Assembly: GCA_035293545.1 (NCBI GenBank)
Contig: DATGMQ010000048.1
Coordinates: 10,831 to 74,830, forward strand
Source: Alloacidobacterium sp.
GTDB lineage: Bacteria > Acidobacteriota > Terriglobia > Terriglobales > Acidobacteriaceae
DNA length: 64,000 nt
Reading direction: 5' to 3'
Shown: positions 47,575-57,132 of the stretch, in pieces
Numbering within the stretch: position 1 is the first letter of the stretch
Layout of the letters: each line of letters starts with the position of its first letter
Program-made: the position numbers and the translations under genes
The notes under the pieces: model-generated
What the model was told of the DNA's origin: nothing
Database searches by the model: none
Seen by the model: the letters and a program-made list of their open reading frames with translations, nothing else

Positions 47575-48345
47575 ATGCCTGCTAAGAAAGACGCCGCTAA
47601 GAAGTCCACTAGGCCGTCGAACCTGAACGCCGCCCTCGCCAGACCCGCAAAATCTCCTGCTACGTCCAAAGATACCTTCAACTCCAAGCGTGACCTGGCG
47701 CCGGCACGAGTGGCAGAAATCCTCAAGCGCCTCGCCGCTACTTATCCGAATGCCGAATGCGCTTTGCACCATCGCAATGCATGGGAGCTGTTGGTGGCCA
47801 CCATCCTTTCCGCGCAGTGCACTGATGTACGCGTCAACATGGTCACGCCTGAACTCTTTCGCCAGTTCCCCACTCCAAAAGCGATGTCGGAAGCCTCGCA
47901 ACCTGCAATTGAAGAAATCATCCGGTCAACAGGTTTTTACAGGAACAAGGCCAAGTCGATCATCGGAGCGGCTAAAAAGATCACCAGTGAGTTCGGCGGC
48001 AGGATTCCTCGAACACTTGCCGAGCTGACTACCGTTCCTGGAGCTGCCCGCAAAACAGCCAACGTCGTGCTGGGAGTAGCTTACGGTCTGGCCGAAGGCA
48101 TCGTTGTTGATACGCATGTTCTACGTATTTCGCGCCGCCTGCACCTCACCCAGGCGACAGAGCCGAAACAAGTCGAGCAGGACCTGATGAAGATCATCCC
48201 GAAAGACCGCTGGATCGCCTACTCGCATGAAGTCATCCATCACGGTCGTCAGATTTGCATCGCACGCAAACCCAAATGCGTGGAGTGTCCACTCGAAACT
48301 CTCTGCACGTCCGGCGATAAGACGTGGTGGAGCGGTAGAACCTAG
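47575..48345 (+). CDS. nth: Endonuclease III
   Basis: ILSAQCTD, HhH VPGAARKTANVV, VDTHV, C-x6-C-x2-C-x5-C cluster. Confidence 0.96.
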   Translation: MPAKKDAAKKSTRPSNLNAALARPAKSPATSKDTFNSKRDLAPARVAEILKRLAATYPNAECALHHRNAWELLVATILSAQCTDVRVNMVTPELFRQFPTPKAMSEASQPAIEEIIRSTGFYRNKAKSIIGAAKKITSEFGGRIPRTLAELTTVPGAARKTANVVLGVAYGLAEGIVVDTHVLRISRRLHLTQATEPKQVEQDLMKIIPKDRWIAYSHEVIHHGRQICIARKPKCVECPLETLCTSGDKTWWSGRT

Positions 48346-48554
48346 CCCGGCAATTGATAAATCTTCTGGAGGCTGGTCTCCATTTGTACGGGAATCATTT
48401 GTTTCAGCCTTACAGGAGTGGCAGGCGAAGAGATCTCTGTGTAAGGGGACTACCAATTTCCAATAAATAACCCATTCAAACTCCAGGCTGGTTTGAATGG
48501 GCTGTGAAGTGTGCTTTTTTTTTAGAAAGTGTTCGGGGAGCACCTCTCTCAGTA

Positions 48555-51500
48555 TCAGGCCGTCAGCTCGGCGGCTACTTTTTCGGTTACGAAGGCTTCG
48601 ATGGTGTCGCCAACTTTGACATCATTGAAGTTTGTCAACCCGACACCGCACTCCATGCCGTTGGTGACTTCCCGGACATCATCCTTAAAACGCTTGAGTG
48701 ACGACAGCTTGCCTTTGTAGACCTGCTCACCGTCGCGAGTCAGGCGGACATCAGCATCGCGCCGCAGCACGCCATCGAGTACACGGCAGCCGGCAATGGT
48801 GCCCACCTTCGGAATTTTGAAGACATTGAGCACTTCGGCGCGGCCGAGGTAGTTTTCCTTGAAGACCGGTTCGAGGAGACCGAGCATGGCCTTGCGAATC
48901 TCGTCCTGCAACTCGTAAATAATCGAGTGCAGACGAATTTCGACCTCTTCCTGCTCGGCCAGATCGGCGGCCTTGCGTTCCGGGCGCACGTTGAAGCCGA
49001 TAATGATCGCGTTTGAAGCTGAGGCCAGCAGCACATCGCTTTCGGTAATGGCGCCAACACCGGAACGGATGACCTTGATGCGCACCTTTTCGGTGGACAT
49101 CTTTTGCAGGGAATCGGCGAGCACTTCAACCGAACCCTGCACGTCACCCTTGAGGATGAGCGGCAATTCCTTGACTCCGGCCTGCTTGATCTGTTCGGCC
49201 AGGCCTTCGAGCGAGACACGCGACGACTTGGCAAGCTGCGCTTCGCGCTCCTTCATCTTGCGGTATTGCGCGATACTCTTGGCTTTATCGCGGTCGCTGA
49301 CGACGAGGAAGGTGTCGCCTGCATCCGGCATGCCTTCGAGGCCGAGAATTTCGACCGGCGTTGAAGGCCCGGCTTCCTCGATGGCGCGTCCGCGGTCATC
49401 GAACATGGCACGGATTTTGCCGAAAGTGTTGCCGACAATGAAGCTCTCCTGGTTCTTCAGGGTGCCGTTCTGCACAAGAACTGAAGCTACGGCGCCGCGT
49501 CCACGGTCGAGCTTGGCTTCAATGACAGTACCGACAGCGGAGCGTCCCGGCGTTGCCTTGAGGTTCTGCAGGTCAGCAACTAGACAGATCATTTCAAGCA
49601 ACAGGTCAAGGTTCTGGCGTTTCTTCGCAGAGACGTCAACGAAGACCGTCGAGCCGCCCCAGTCTTCCGGAACGAGGCCGCGATCACCTAGCTGCTTCTT
49701 CACTCGGTCGGGCTGCGCTTCCGGCTTGTCGATCTTATTAACAGCCACGATGATCGGGACATTGGCAGCTTTCGCGTGGTCAATAGCTTCGAGGGTCTGC
49801 GGCATCACGCCATCATCAGCTGCGACAACGATAACGACGATATCCGTAACCTTTGCTCCGCGAGCTCGCATGCGGGTGAAGGCTTCGTGGCCCGGGGTAT
49901 CGAGGAAGACGATCTCGCGCCCAAAGGCGGGCGAATCCTGCTTGCCGATGCGTACTTTGTAAGCGCCGATGTGCTGCGTAATGCCTCCGGCTTCGCCGCC
50001 GGCGACATCGGTTTCGCGGATGGCATCGAGCAGCGAGGTCTTGCCGTGATCAACGTGACCCATGACGGTGACGACAGGAGGACGCGGCACTTCAAGCTCG
50101 TCCGGATTCTCCTGCTGCAGCATGCTCTCAATGGCTTCGTTCGCCATCTGGTCTTCGAAGCTGATGAACGTTGTATCAGCTCCGAACTGACGGGCTACGT
50201 CCTTGACCAGTTCCGCGTCGAGCGACTGGTTGACGGTAACGAAGACACCGCGCATGAGCAGCGTGGCGATCAGGTCCTTTGCGCGAACGTCGAGTTTTTC
50301 AGCGAGATCCTTGACGCTGATACCCTCTGTCACCGTGATGGTGCGGGTGATGGGCACCGGCTCGGAGGGAATCTGCGCGCCACCAAAACGCGGTGGAGGC
50401 GCAAAGCCCTTCATTGGGCCTTCTTTGGTCTTCTCGTACTGCTGACGGCCACGGCGCTGCTGACCGCCGGGACGCTGCGGGCGCGGTGCTTCGCCCGGAG
50501 GCGGAACAAGACCCGGCGCGCCCATTCCGGGGCGTTGGCCAAAGCCAGGACGCGGGCCGCCGAAGCCGGGACGCTGCTGACCGAAACCGGGGCGCGCTCC
50601 TCCCGGAGGCCCACCGCCGGGCTGGCTGCGGGTGGGATGCATAGGACGACGGCCACCGGAGAATTGTCCTGGAGGGCCACCTTGAGGACGTTGGCCGCCG
50701 GGACCACCGGCCGGGCGACGGTCAAATATTGGACGGCCACGCTGCAATCCACCTTGTGGCTGACCGGCAGGCGCGGAAGAAGCTCGTGCCGGCGGCGGAG
50801 CGGTATACACAGGGCGCGGCCCCGTCTGGGGCATGATCACGCGACGAGCCGGCGCTGCAGGAGCGGGAGCGGGCGCCGGAGATTCTGCCTGCGGGGCCGA
50901 TGCCACAGCAGCCGGGACTTCCGGGACGAGCGGCGCAGCAGGAGGTGGAGGTGTGGCAGCAGCAGGAGCCTGAACATTTGTCGGCGGGACCGTCGTGGGA
51001 GCGGCAGCAGGCTTTGCCGCGACAGGCGCGGCAGGCGGAGCGGCGGCAATGGCCGGTTTTGCTTCAGCCGGAGGCGCAACCGGCGGCTTGGCCACGACCG
51101 GACCTGCCGGGGGCTTCGCTGCAATCGCCGGGGCCTGGGGCGGCGGCGCTACCACGGGAGGTGCCGGGCGAGGCTGCGGAACAATCTTGCGCGGCGCAGG
51201 CTTGGCGGCCTCTGCGGGAGGCGCTGGAGGTGGCTGAGGCGCTGGAGGCTTTGGAGCAGCAGCCGGTGTTGCAGCGGTGGCTGCGGGCTTTGGAGCTGGT
51301 GGCGGCGCAGGTCTGCTGGCGGCCAGCGCCTCCTGCTCCCTGCGTTCCTGAATGGCTTTCAGCACATCTCCCGGCTTGGAGACACGCGACCAGTCAATCT
51401 TAGGCTTGGCCTCGGTTTCGACGCGTGTGGCCGCAGCGGTGCTGCCGGATTTTCCGCTGCGATTGAAATGCGCGCGCACACGTTCGGCTTCGTCAGCTTC

Positions 51501-51617
51501 CAGCGAACTGGAGTGCGTCTTCTTTTCTGTCACGCCGACTTCTGTAAGTACATCGAGAATTGCTTTGCTCTTGACTTCCAGCTCACGCGCCAGATCGTTA
51601 ATTCGAACTTTGCTCAT
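48555..51617 (-). CDS. infB: Translation initiation factor IF-2
   Basis: MGHVDHGKT, DTPGHEAF, NKID; Pro/Ala/Gly-rich N-terminal linker. Confidence 0.98.
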   Translation of the reverse strand: MSKVRINDLARELEVKSKAILDVLTEVGVTEKKTHSSSLEADEAERVRAHFNRSGKSGSTAAATRVETEAKPKIDWSRVSKPGDVLKAIQERREQEALAASRPAPPPAPKPAATAATPAAAPKPPAPQPPPAPPAEAAKPAPRKIVPQPRPAPPVVAPPPQAPAIAAKPPAGPVVAKPPVAPPAEAKPAIAAAPPAAPVAAKPAAAPTTVPPTNVQAPAAATPPPPAAPLVPEVPAAVASAPQAESPAPAPAPAAPARRVIMPQTGPRPVYTAPPPARASSAPAGQPQGGLQRGRPIFDRRPAGGPGGQRPQGGPPGQFSGGRRPMHPTRSQPGGGPPGGARPGFGQQRPGFGGPRPGFGQRPGMGAPGLVPPPGEAPRPQRPGGQQRRGRQQYEKTKEGPMKGFAPPPRFGGAQIPSEPVPITRTITVTEGISVKDLAEKLDVRAKDLIATLLMRGVFVTVNQSLDAELVKDVARQFGADTTFISFEDQMANEAIESMLQQENPDELEVPRPPVVTVMGHVDHGKTSLLDAIRETDVAGGEAGGITQHIGAYKVRIGKQDSPAFGREIVFLDTPGHEAFTRMRARGAKVTDIVVIVVAADDGVMPQTLEAIDHAKAANVPIIVAVNKIDKPEAQPDRVKKQLGDRGLVPEDWGGSTVFVDVSAKKRQNLDLLLEMICLVADLQNLKATPGRSAVGTVIEAKLDRGRGAVASVLVQNGTLKNQESFIVGNTFGKIRAMFDDRGRAIEEAGPSTPVEILGLEGMPDAGDTFLVVSDRDKAKSIAQYRKMKEREAQLAKSSRVSLEGLAEQIKQAGVKELPLILKGDVQGSVEVLADSLQKMSTEKVRIKVIRSGVGAITESDVLLASASNAIIIGFNVRPERKAADLAEQEEVEIRLHSIIYELQDEIRKAMLGLLEPVFKENYLGRAEVLNVFKIPKVGTIAGCRVLDGVLRRDADVRLTRDGEQVYKGKLSSLKRFKDDVREVTNGMECGVGLTNFNDVKVGDTIEAFVTEKVAAELTA

Positions 51618-51761
51618 CCGCCCCTTTGCTTCTTACGTCCCAAGCCGTCAGCTGTTCATAGCAACCTCATGCCTGTGGGAGTCATTCCTCGTTGTATTAT
51701 CGCCCGAAAACATGCGCCTCGCGCTCATCTTCTCAGACATATGCATGTATGCGTGGCGCAT

Positions 51762-53417
51762 TTATGCGCCACCCTCATCTACCTTGCGCTCGCCGACTTT
51801 TTCTTCCTTCGGCTCTTCGACGTTGCCTTCGACAACGGCCTCGGCGCGCGCGATTTCTGTATTGGGATGGTGCCTGGCCAGCACTTCGCTGGTATCTTCG
51901 CGGCCTGGTGCCAGTGATTCGGAGCCTTCATCGGCCAGCGCGGTACCTTCTTCTGTTACCTCAGCCAGACGCTCTTCAGCCAGTTCATCATTGATAAGCC
52001 CGGAACCATCTTCTGAAGGCCGCTCTTCACCGGCCTGGGTCAGGTCCTGCTCGAGAGCAGCGATCTCTTCCTCAGCCTGCGCATCCGGAATATGCGCGGC
52101 TTCAGCCAGACCGGGAGCCTCAGCCGGACGCTCTTCACCTTCTTCATACTGCCCGAAGTAGTGTCGCACTGCAGTGCCGATTTTTTCCAAAGTCTTTTCT
52201 CCGATCCCCGGAATCTCTTCCAGCTGTTCGGGTGTCATATCTGCCAGGGCTTCGACAGTGGTGATGCCGGCAGCAACCAGCTTCTGAATGATCGTTTCAC
52301 CCAGCTCGCTGACCTGCTCGATCGGCGTGGTCGGGCCGCCGGACATGGCCTGCATCTGCTGCTCGACTTCCTGACGCTTCTCTTCCTCGCTCTTGATGTC
52401 GATTTTCCAGCCCAGCAGCTTTGCCGCGAGCCGGACGTTCTGGCCTTTCTTGCCGATGGCCAGTGAAAGCTGCGTGTCATCAACGATGACCTCGAGCTGC
52501 TTCTCGCCTAGATCTGTGATACTAACGCGGCTGACCTTCGCGGGCTGTAATGCTTTTTCCGCGAAGGCGGTGATTTCTTCGCTGTACTCGATGATGTCAA
52601 TCTTTTCGCCACGCAGCTCTCGGATGATGGACTGGACACGCATGCCCTTCATGCCGACGCATGCGCCTACCGGATCAACATCTTTGTCGCGGGATTGCAC
52701 AGCGATTTTGGTACGCTCGCCGGCCTCGCGAGCGATGGCTTTAATCATCACCGTTCCGTCGTAAATCTCAGGCACCTCGCTCTGGAAGAGGTTCTGGACC
52801 AATTCTGGCGCGGCACGGGAAACGATGACCTGTGGTCCTTTGGCGGCGCGGTCCACGCGCAGCAGCACGACGCGGACGCGCTCGCCGACGGCAAACTGCT
52901 CAAGCCGCGACTGCTCGCGCTTCGGCATGCGGGCTTCGGCCTTGCCGAGATCGAAGATGACGTCCTGCGGTTCGAGGCGTTTTACTGTCGCATTCAGAAC
53001 TTCGCCGACGCGGTGGTTGTACTCCTGGAACACTGTATCGCGCTCGGCCTCGCGGACTTTCTGAAAGATGACCTGCTTGGCCATCTGCGCCGCGATGCGT
53101 CCGAGAACATCGGTCGGTTTGTAATAGCGAATCTCGCCGCCGATTTCGACTTCAGGCGCAAGCTCGCGCGCTTCTTCGAGGGCAATCTGGTTGACCGGGT
53201 CTTCGATCTGTTCGGGCGCTTCGACTACGGTTTTGTAGACATAGGCGCGAATCTCGCCGGTCTCTTTGTCGAGCTCAGCACGCATGTTTTCTTGCGTTTT
53301 GTAGTACTTCCGTGTCGCCAGCGCGATTGCATCCTCAACTGCGGAAACGACGATTCCCGGGTCGATACCCTTGTCACGGCTCAAAGCCTCGATACTTTGG
53401 TACAGCACACTTGCCAT
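51762..53417 (-). CDS. nusA: Transcription termination factor NusA with acidic C-terminal extension
   Basis: GRIAAQMAKQ, S1/KH domains, DPVGACVG, AIGKKGQNVRLA. Confidence 0.97.
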   Translation of the reverse strand: MASVLYQSIEALSRDKGIDPGIVVSAVEDAIALATRKYYKTQENMRAELDKETGEIRAYVYKTVVEAPEQIEDPVNQIALEEARELAPEVEIGGEIRYYKPTDVLGRIAAQMAKQVIFQKVREAERDTVFQEYNHRVGEVLNATVKRLEPQDVIFDLGKAEARMPKREQSRLEQFAVGERVRVVLLRVDRAAKGPQVIVSRAAPELVQNLFQSEVPEIYDGTVMIKAIAREAGERTKIAVQSRDKDVDPVGACVGMKGMRVQSIIRELRGEKIDIIEYSEEITAFAEKALQPAKVSRVSITDLGEKQLEVIVDDTQLSLAIGKKGQNVRLAAKLLGWKIDIKSEEEKRQEVEQQMQAMSGGPTTPIEQVSELGETIIQKLVAAGITTVEALADMTPEQLEEIPGIGEKTLEKIGTAVRHYFGQYEEGEERPAEAPGLAEAAHIPDAQAEEEIAALEQDLTQAGEERPSEDGSGLINDELAEERLAEVTEEGTALADEGSESLAPGREDTSEVLARHHPNTEIARAEAVVEGNVEEPKEEKVGERKVDEGGA

Positions 53418-53460
53418 ATTTCTCTCTCTTAATACCTTGTGATCTGCCTCAGACCACTTC

Positions 53461-54027
53461 TCAAAATTCCGGAACGAGGTTCGCTTTCTCTATATTTGAA
53501 AATTCGATCTCGACGGCTTCGTTTGCAGCTTCTTTTTTCCTGCTTTTGTTCATTTGCTTCCCGGCAGAAGGATCCAGAACCACTGTTCGGTCTTTTACTT
53601 CTGTGAGCCTGCCGCGCCAATGGCGGTTGCCCCCAACCGGTTCAAAGGTCTGCAACTTGACCAGACTTCCTGCGAACCTGCGGTAATCGTGTTCGCCGTA
53701 AAGTTTGCGATCCAGGCCCGGCGAAGAAACCTCTAATGTGTACTCGGCGCCCGGAATCAGCTCTTCCACGTCGAGAACTGTGCCGAAATCCTGGCTGAAC
53801 AGGCGGCAATCCTCATGGGTAATACCCGCCAGCTGATCGACTTCCACCCCCGAAGGCAGGCTGGTTTCCTGACTTAAACGGGCCCTTTGTTCGGCGTTTT
53901 TCTCTATAAATACGCGCAAAATGCGATGTTTTCCGCCGCCCTGGAACTCGATTTCGACCACATCAAGCCCGTGCGAAGCGGCAACCCGCTGCGCGGTGGC
54001 GCGAATTTGGTCCATATTCAAAGCCAT
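53461..54027 (-). CDS. rimP: Ribosome maturation factor RimP
   Basis: ILRVFIE, ITHEDC, YTLEVSSPGLDR, IEKANLVPEF; start ATG 54027. Confidence 0.94.
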   Translation of the reverse strand: MALNMDQIRATAQRVAASHGLDVVEIEFQGGGKHRILRVFIEKNAEQRARLSQETSLPSGVEVDQLAGITHEDCRLFSQDFGTVLDVEELIPGAEYTLEVSSPGLDRKLYGEHDYRRFAGSLVKLQTFEPVGGNRHWRGRLTEVKDRTVVLDPSAGKQMNKSRKKEAANEAVEIEFSNIEKANLVPEF

Positions 54028-54050
54028 GGCAATGAATTTTGCAGCAAAAG

Positions 54051-54071
54051 AAAAGTGGGCTTTCGCCCACT
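54051..54071 (-). terminator. Leader hairpin/attenuator of the rimP-nusA-infB operon
   Basis: Minus strand AGTGGGC-GAAA-GCCCACT-TTT just upstream of rimP. Confidence 0.75.
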
Positions 54072-54217
54072 CATCCCTCCGCGCCCCGGCTGACTCACGA
54101 ACAGGCGCGGACAAACTCGTCTGCCATTTCAGGATACTCCTATCGGGCCTTGATTTCAAACAGATCACTAACCCATTTGCCAAATCCGCAACGAGGCAAC
54201 TACCATTTTTCCCAGGG

Positions 54218-54490
54218 ATGACGCGAGCAGCAAAAATCGCGACGGCATTTGTTTGTATTGTCTGCGTGCTCGCTTTATGCATAGCCCCGTGGGTGGATCC
54301 CCCACAGACCACTCTTAAGTCACTGCACATCTTCCTTATGCTGATGTCAGTTTTTGTAGCCGGTTTATACGTGCTGGCAGGCACCCTACCGTCCCCTTTC
54401 CGAATCGTTCCAGAATTCCTGAAATTTATCCAACTATTCCAGGCAGTTCTTCTGTTGCCCAGCCAGACAAGCTTCGTCCAGCGGTGCTAG
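54218..54490 (+). CDS. Small hydrophobic hypothetical protein ending in VQRC
   Basis: 90 aa, two hydrophobic segments; first ORF before the radical SAM gene. Confidence 0.5.
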   Translation: MTRAAKIATAFVCIVCVLALCIAPWVDPPQTTLKSLHIFLMLMSVFVAGLYVLAGTLPSPFRIVPEFLKFIQLFQAVLLLPSQTSFVQRC

Positions 54491-54585
54491 AAAGCACGCT
54501 TTTTCCTCCTTATCCAGTTAGCCGGATATCCGTAAACGTCTGAATGTTGAAAACATTCACCTCGGCTGAATTTTCAGGGGAAAAA

Positions 54586-55578
54586 ATGAAGAAATCGGAC
54601 GTGCTCCATTCCTGGTCCAATATTTTGAGTGGTCGACGACCATTTTTATCGATTGAGCTGACCCGCGAGTGTCCGCTGCGATGCCCTGGCTGCTATGCCT
54701 ATGACGATGCGCACCTGGGCGGCAATGGCGTTACGCTGCGGGTGCTTTCCGACTATAAACAGGATGCCCTGGTGCAGGGCGTTCTTGATCTGGTGGACTT
54801 CTATCGACCGATCCACGTTTCGCTGGTTGGAGGCGATCCGCTGGTTCGGCACCGCGAGCTTGAAAATATCTTGCCAGAACTTGAAGAGAGAGGTATCAAT
54901 GTTCAGCTTGTGACCAGCGCGTTTCGTCCTGTTCCGAAACACTGGAGGAAATTCGCCCTGCTGAATGTGGTGGTATCGGTAGACGGACTGCAACCCGACC
55001 ACGATAGGCGGCGCAAGCCGGCGACCTATGAACGTATTTTGCGGAACATCCGGGAGAGCAGGGTGACGATCCACTGCACGATCACCAGCCAGATGATGAA
55101 GCAGAGCGAGTATCTCGAGCGCTTCCTTGCATTCTGGGGTGAGCAGCAGGAAGTCAAGCGCGTCTGGATGAGCATTTTTACTCCGCAGCAGGGGGCAACA
55201 GACGAGGAAATTCTCAGCGCAGAAGAGCGCATCCGCGTGATTGAAGAATTGCAGGAGCTGCGCATGCGCTATCCCATTCTGGATATGAACGATGCCGTGC
55301 TGCGGGAATTTCTGGCTCCGCCCCGATCGCCGGCAGAGTGCATTTTTGCCCGGTCTACGCACACAATTTCAGCCGATCTGAAAACCCGCATTCAGCCCTG
55401 TCAATTCGGCGGTAAGCCCGATTGTTCACAGTGCGGCTGTCTGGCTTCCATGGGTTTAGCGGCGGTGGGACACCACCAGATTGCTCCGGGAATAACGCTC
55501 GGAAAACTGTTTCATGTTTCCCAACGTCTAGGAGAGAACATCGGAAGGTTCAGAAATTCTCAGAGAGAGGTCGCATAA
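54586..55578 (+). CDS. Radical SAM protein with C-terminal Cys cluster
   Basis: CPLRCPGC, GGDPL, SVDG; C-terminal ECIF..PCQFGGKPDCSQCGC. Confidence 0.92.
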   Translation: MKKSDVLHSWSNILSGRRPFLSIELTRECPLRCPGCYAYDDAHLGGNGVTLRVLSDYKQDALVQGVLDLVDFYRPIHVSLVGGDPLVRHRELENILPELEERGINVQLVTSAFRPVPKHWRKFALLNVVVSVDGLQPDHDRRRKPATYERILRNIRESRVTIHCTITSQMMKQSEYLERFLAFWGEQQEVKRVWMSIFTPQQGATDEEILSAEERIRVIEELQELRMRYPILDMNDAVLREFLAPPRSPAECIFARSTHTISADLKTRIQPCQFGGKPDCSQCGCLASMGLAAVGHHQIAPGITLGKLFHVSQRLGENIGRFRNSQREVA

Positions 55579-55579
55579 T

Positions 55580-56314
55580 ATGATGTCGCAGCCCGCAATC
55601 ACTCTGACAGAATCTCCCTCACCGGCGCGTCCAGCGCCGGCAACCAATGTCGTAAACATTGAGCGCGGAGACCGTGAGCTGCGCCGTCAGCTTGCGCGGT
55701 TTTCCAAATGGATGTATCGGCTCGGATTTGCTCCGGGGACATCAGGAAATCTCTCTGTGCGCCTGGATGATGAGCGCATTCTGGCGACCCCTACAGGGTG
55801 CAGCAAGTGCCTGCTGCGAGCCGCCGATATGGTGGTGGTTGATTTCAATGGAAAACTGCTGGCGGGCACACGGAATGTGACCAGCGAGATCGGAATGCAT
55901 CTCGCAGTGTATGAGGCGCGGCCCGATGTGCAGGCCGTGGTTCATGCCCATCCGCCAATTGCCACCGCCTTCGCCTCCTGCGGCATGGCGCTGGATATGC
56001 CGCTCTGTGCGGAACTCATTATGACGCTGGGCAAGATTCCGCTGGCAGCGTATGCCACGACGGGAACGGAAGAGGTGGGCGCCAGCCTTCAGCCTTATCT
56101 TCGAGAATATGATTCAGTACTGATGGCCAATCATGGGCTGGTTACGTACGGTAAAGACCTGCTGGATGCTTTTATGAAGCTCGAAACGACGGAGCATTTC
56201 GCGCAGGTATGCCTGGCCGCGCATGAAATCGGCTGTCCGCAACTGCTGAACGAAGAGGCGCTTCGGAAATTGCAGCAGGCCAGGCTTCGGTATCGCTCGA
56301 ATTGCCGAGGATAG
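55580..56314 (+). CDS. Class II aldolase/adducin family protein
   Basis: GNLSVR, TSEIGMH, VVHAHP, MANHG. Confidence 0.92.
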   Translation: MMSQPAITLTESPSPARPAPATNVVNIERGDRELRRQLARFSKWMYRLGFAPGTSGNLSVRLDDERILATPTGCSKCLLRAADMVVVDFNGKLLAGTRNVTSEIGMHLAVYEARPDVQAVVHAHPPIATAFASCGMALDMPLCAELIMTLGKIPLAAYATTGTEEVGASLQPYLREYDSVLMANHGLVTYGKDLLDAFMKLETTEHFAQVCLAAHEIGCPQLLNEEALRKLQQARLRYRSNCRG

Positions 56315-56373
56315 ATTCAGGACGCTTCAGTATGTGCTACAACGGTGTCAACTCCATCATTGGGGAATGACCC

Positions 56374-56853
56374 GTGCTGAATCCTTACGAAAAATTTCTT
56401 GGCAGTCATAATGCAGAAGAGGTCCTTTCTGCGACCGCGGCGAAATTGGCATCTCTGTTCAACCAGCTTGGACCGGAGGGAGTGGAGAAATCGCCTGCTC
56501 CAGGCAAATGGAATGCGCGGGAAATCTTCAGCCATCTGGCTGACTGCGAGATCACTTTTGCGTTTCGCCTGCGGCAGACGCTGGCTGAAAACAACCATGT
56601 AATTCAGCCGTTTGATCAGGAGAAATGGGCCGTCACCTATGCCGCCTACGATGCTCCTTCGGCGCTGGCAGCCTTTTCCGCCGTTCGCAGATGGAACCTG
56701 GCGCTGATCCGGAACACGAAGCCGGAAGACCGCGCCAAAGAGGTTACGCACCCGGAGCGCGGAACCATGACTTTCCAGACCATTGTTGAAACGATGGCCG
56801 GACATGATGTGAATCATTTGTTGCAGTTGGAAGCTCTTGCCGGAAAAAGTTAA
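56374..56853 (+). CDS. DinB family protein
   Basis: GKWNAREIFSHL, HPERG, AGHDVNH His triad. Confidence 0.9.
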   Translation: MLNPYEKFLGSHNAEEVLSATAAKLASLFNQLGPEGVEKSPAPGKWNAREIFSHLADCEITFAFRLRQTLAENNHVIQPFDQEKWAVTYAAYDAPSALAAFSAVRRWNLALIRNTKPEDRAKEVTHPERGTMTFQTIVETMAGHDVNHLLQLEALAGKS

Positions 56854-57132
56854 TCCTGGATGAGCGCCACGCTACCCGGCAGCTCAATCAAATCTGTCCA
56901 ATTAATAAATCTCAGTTACCGCAGCAGAAGTTGTACTTTGCTGTAGAGCCATGCTCCTGAGCGCCATTCAGGACTGCATAGGTATCGATCTGCGCAACGC
57001 TGGTTTGCTCTTCTTCTGAAAGGCACTTAACATAAGAAGAGACCGTTCCCATGCTGCATTCCGAGGGCTGAAAATCCCCTTACAACCGGCCCTCATTCTG
57101 CACGCGAACGACGATATTGGAAGGCATACACG

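Noticed and set aside
50400-51330. Low-complexity Pro/Ala and GGxRPG repeats
   Set aside because: Ordinary disordered IF-2 N-terminal linker, not a DNA repeat element.
49776-51917. 713-aa plus-strand ORF and other long ORFs over infB
   Set aside because: Antisense shadows of the GC-rich infB gene; Arg/Gly-rich with no recognisable domain.
54028-54384. Long N-terminal extension of RimP in the ORF track (also accA 38349-38435)
   Set aside because: The upstream in-frame starts run through the leader hairpin or the REP; recognisable protein begins at the downstream ATGs.
56854-57132. tRNA upstream of tig
   Set aside because: No cloverleaf or T-loop (GTTCRA) signature found.
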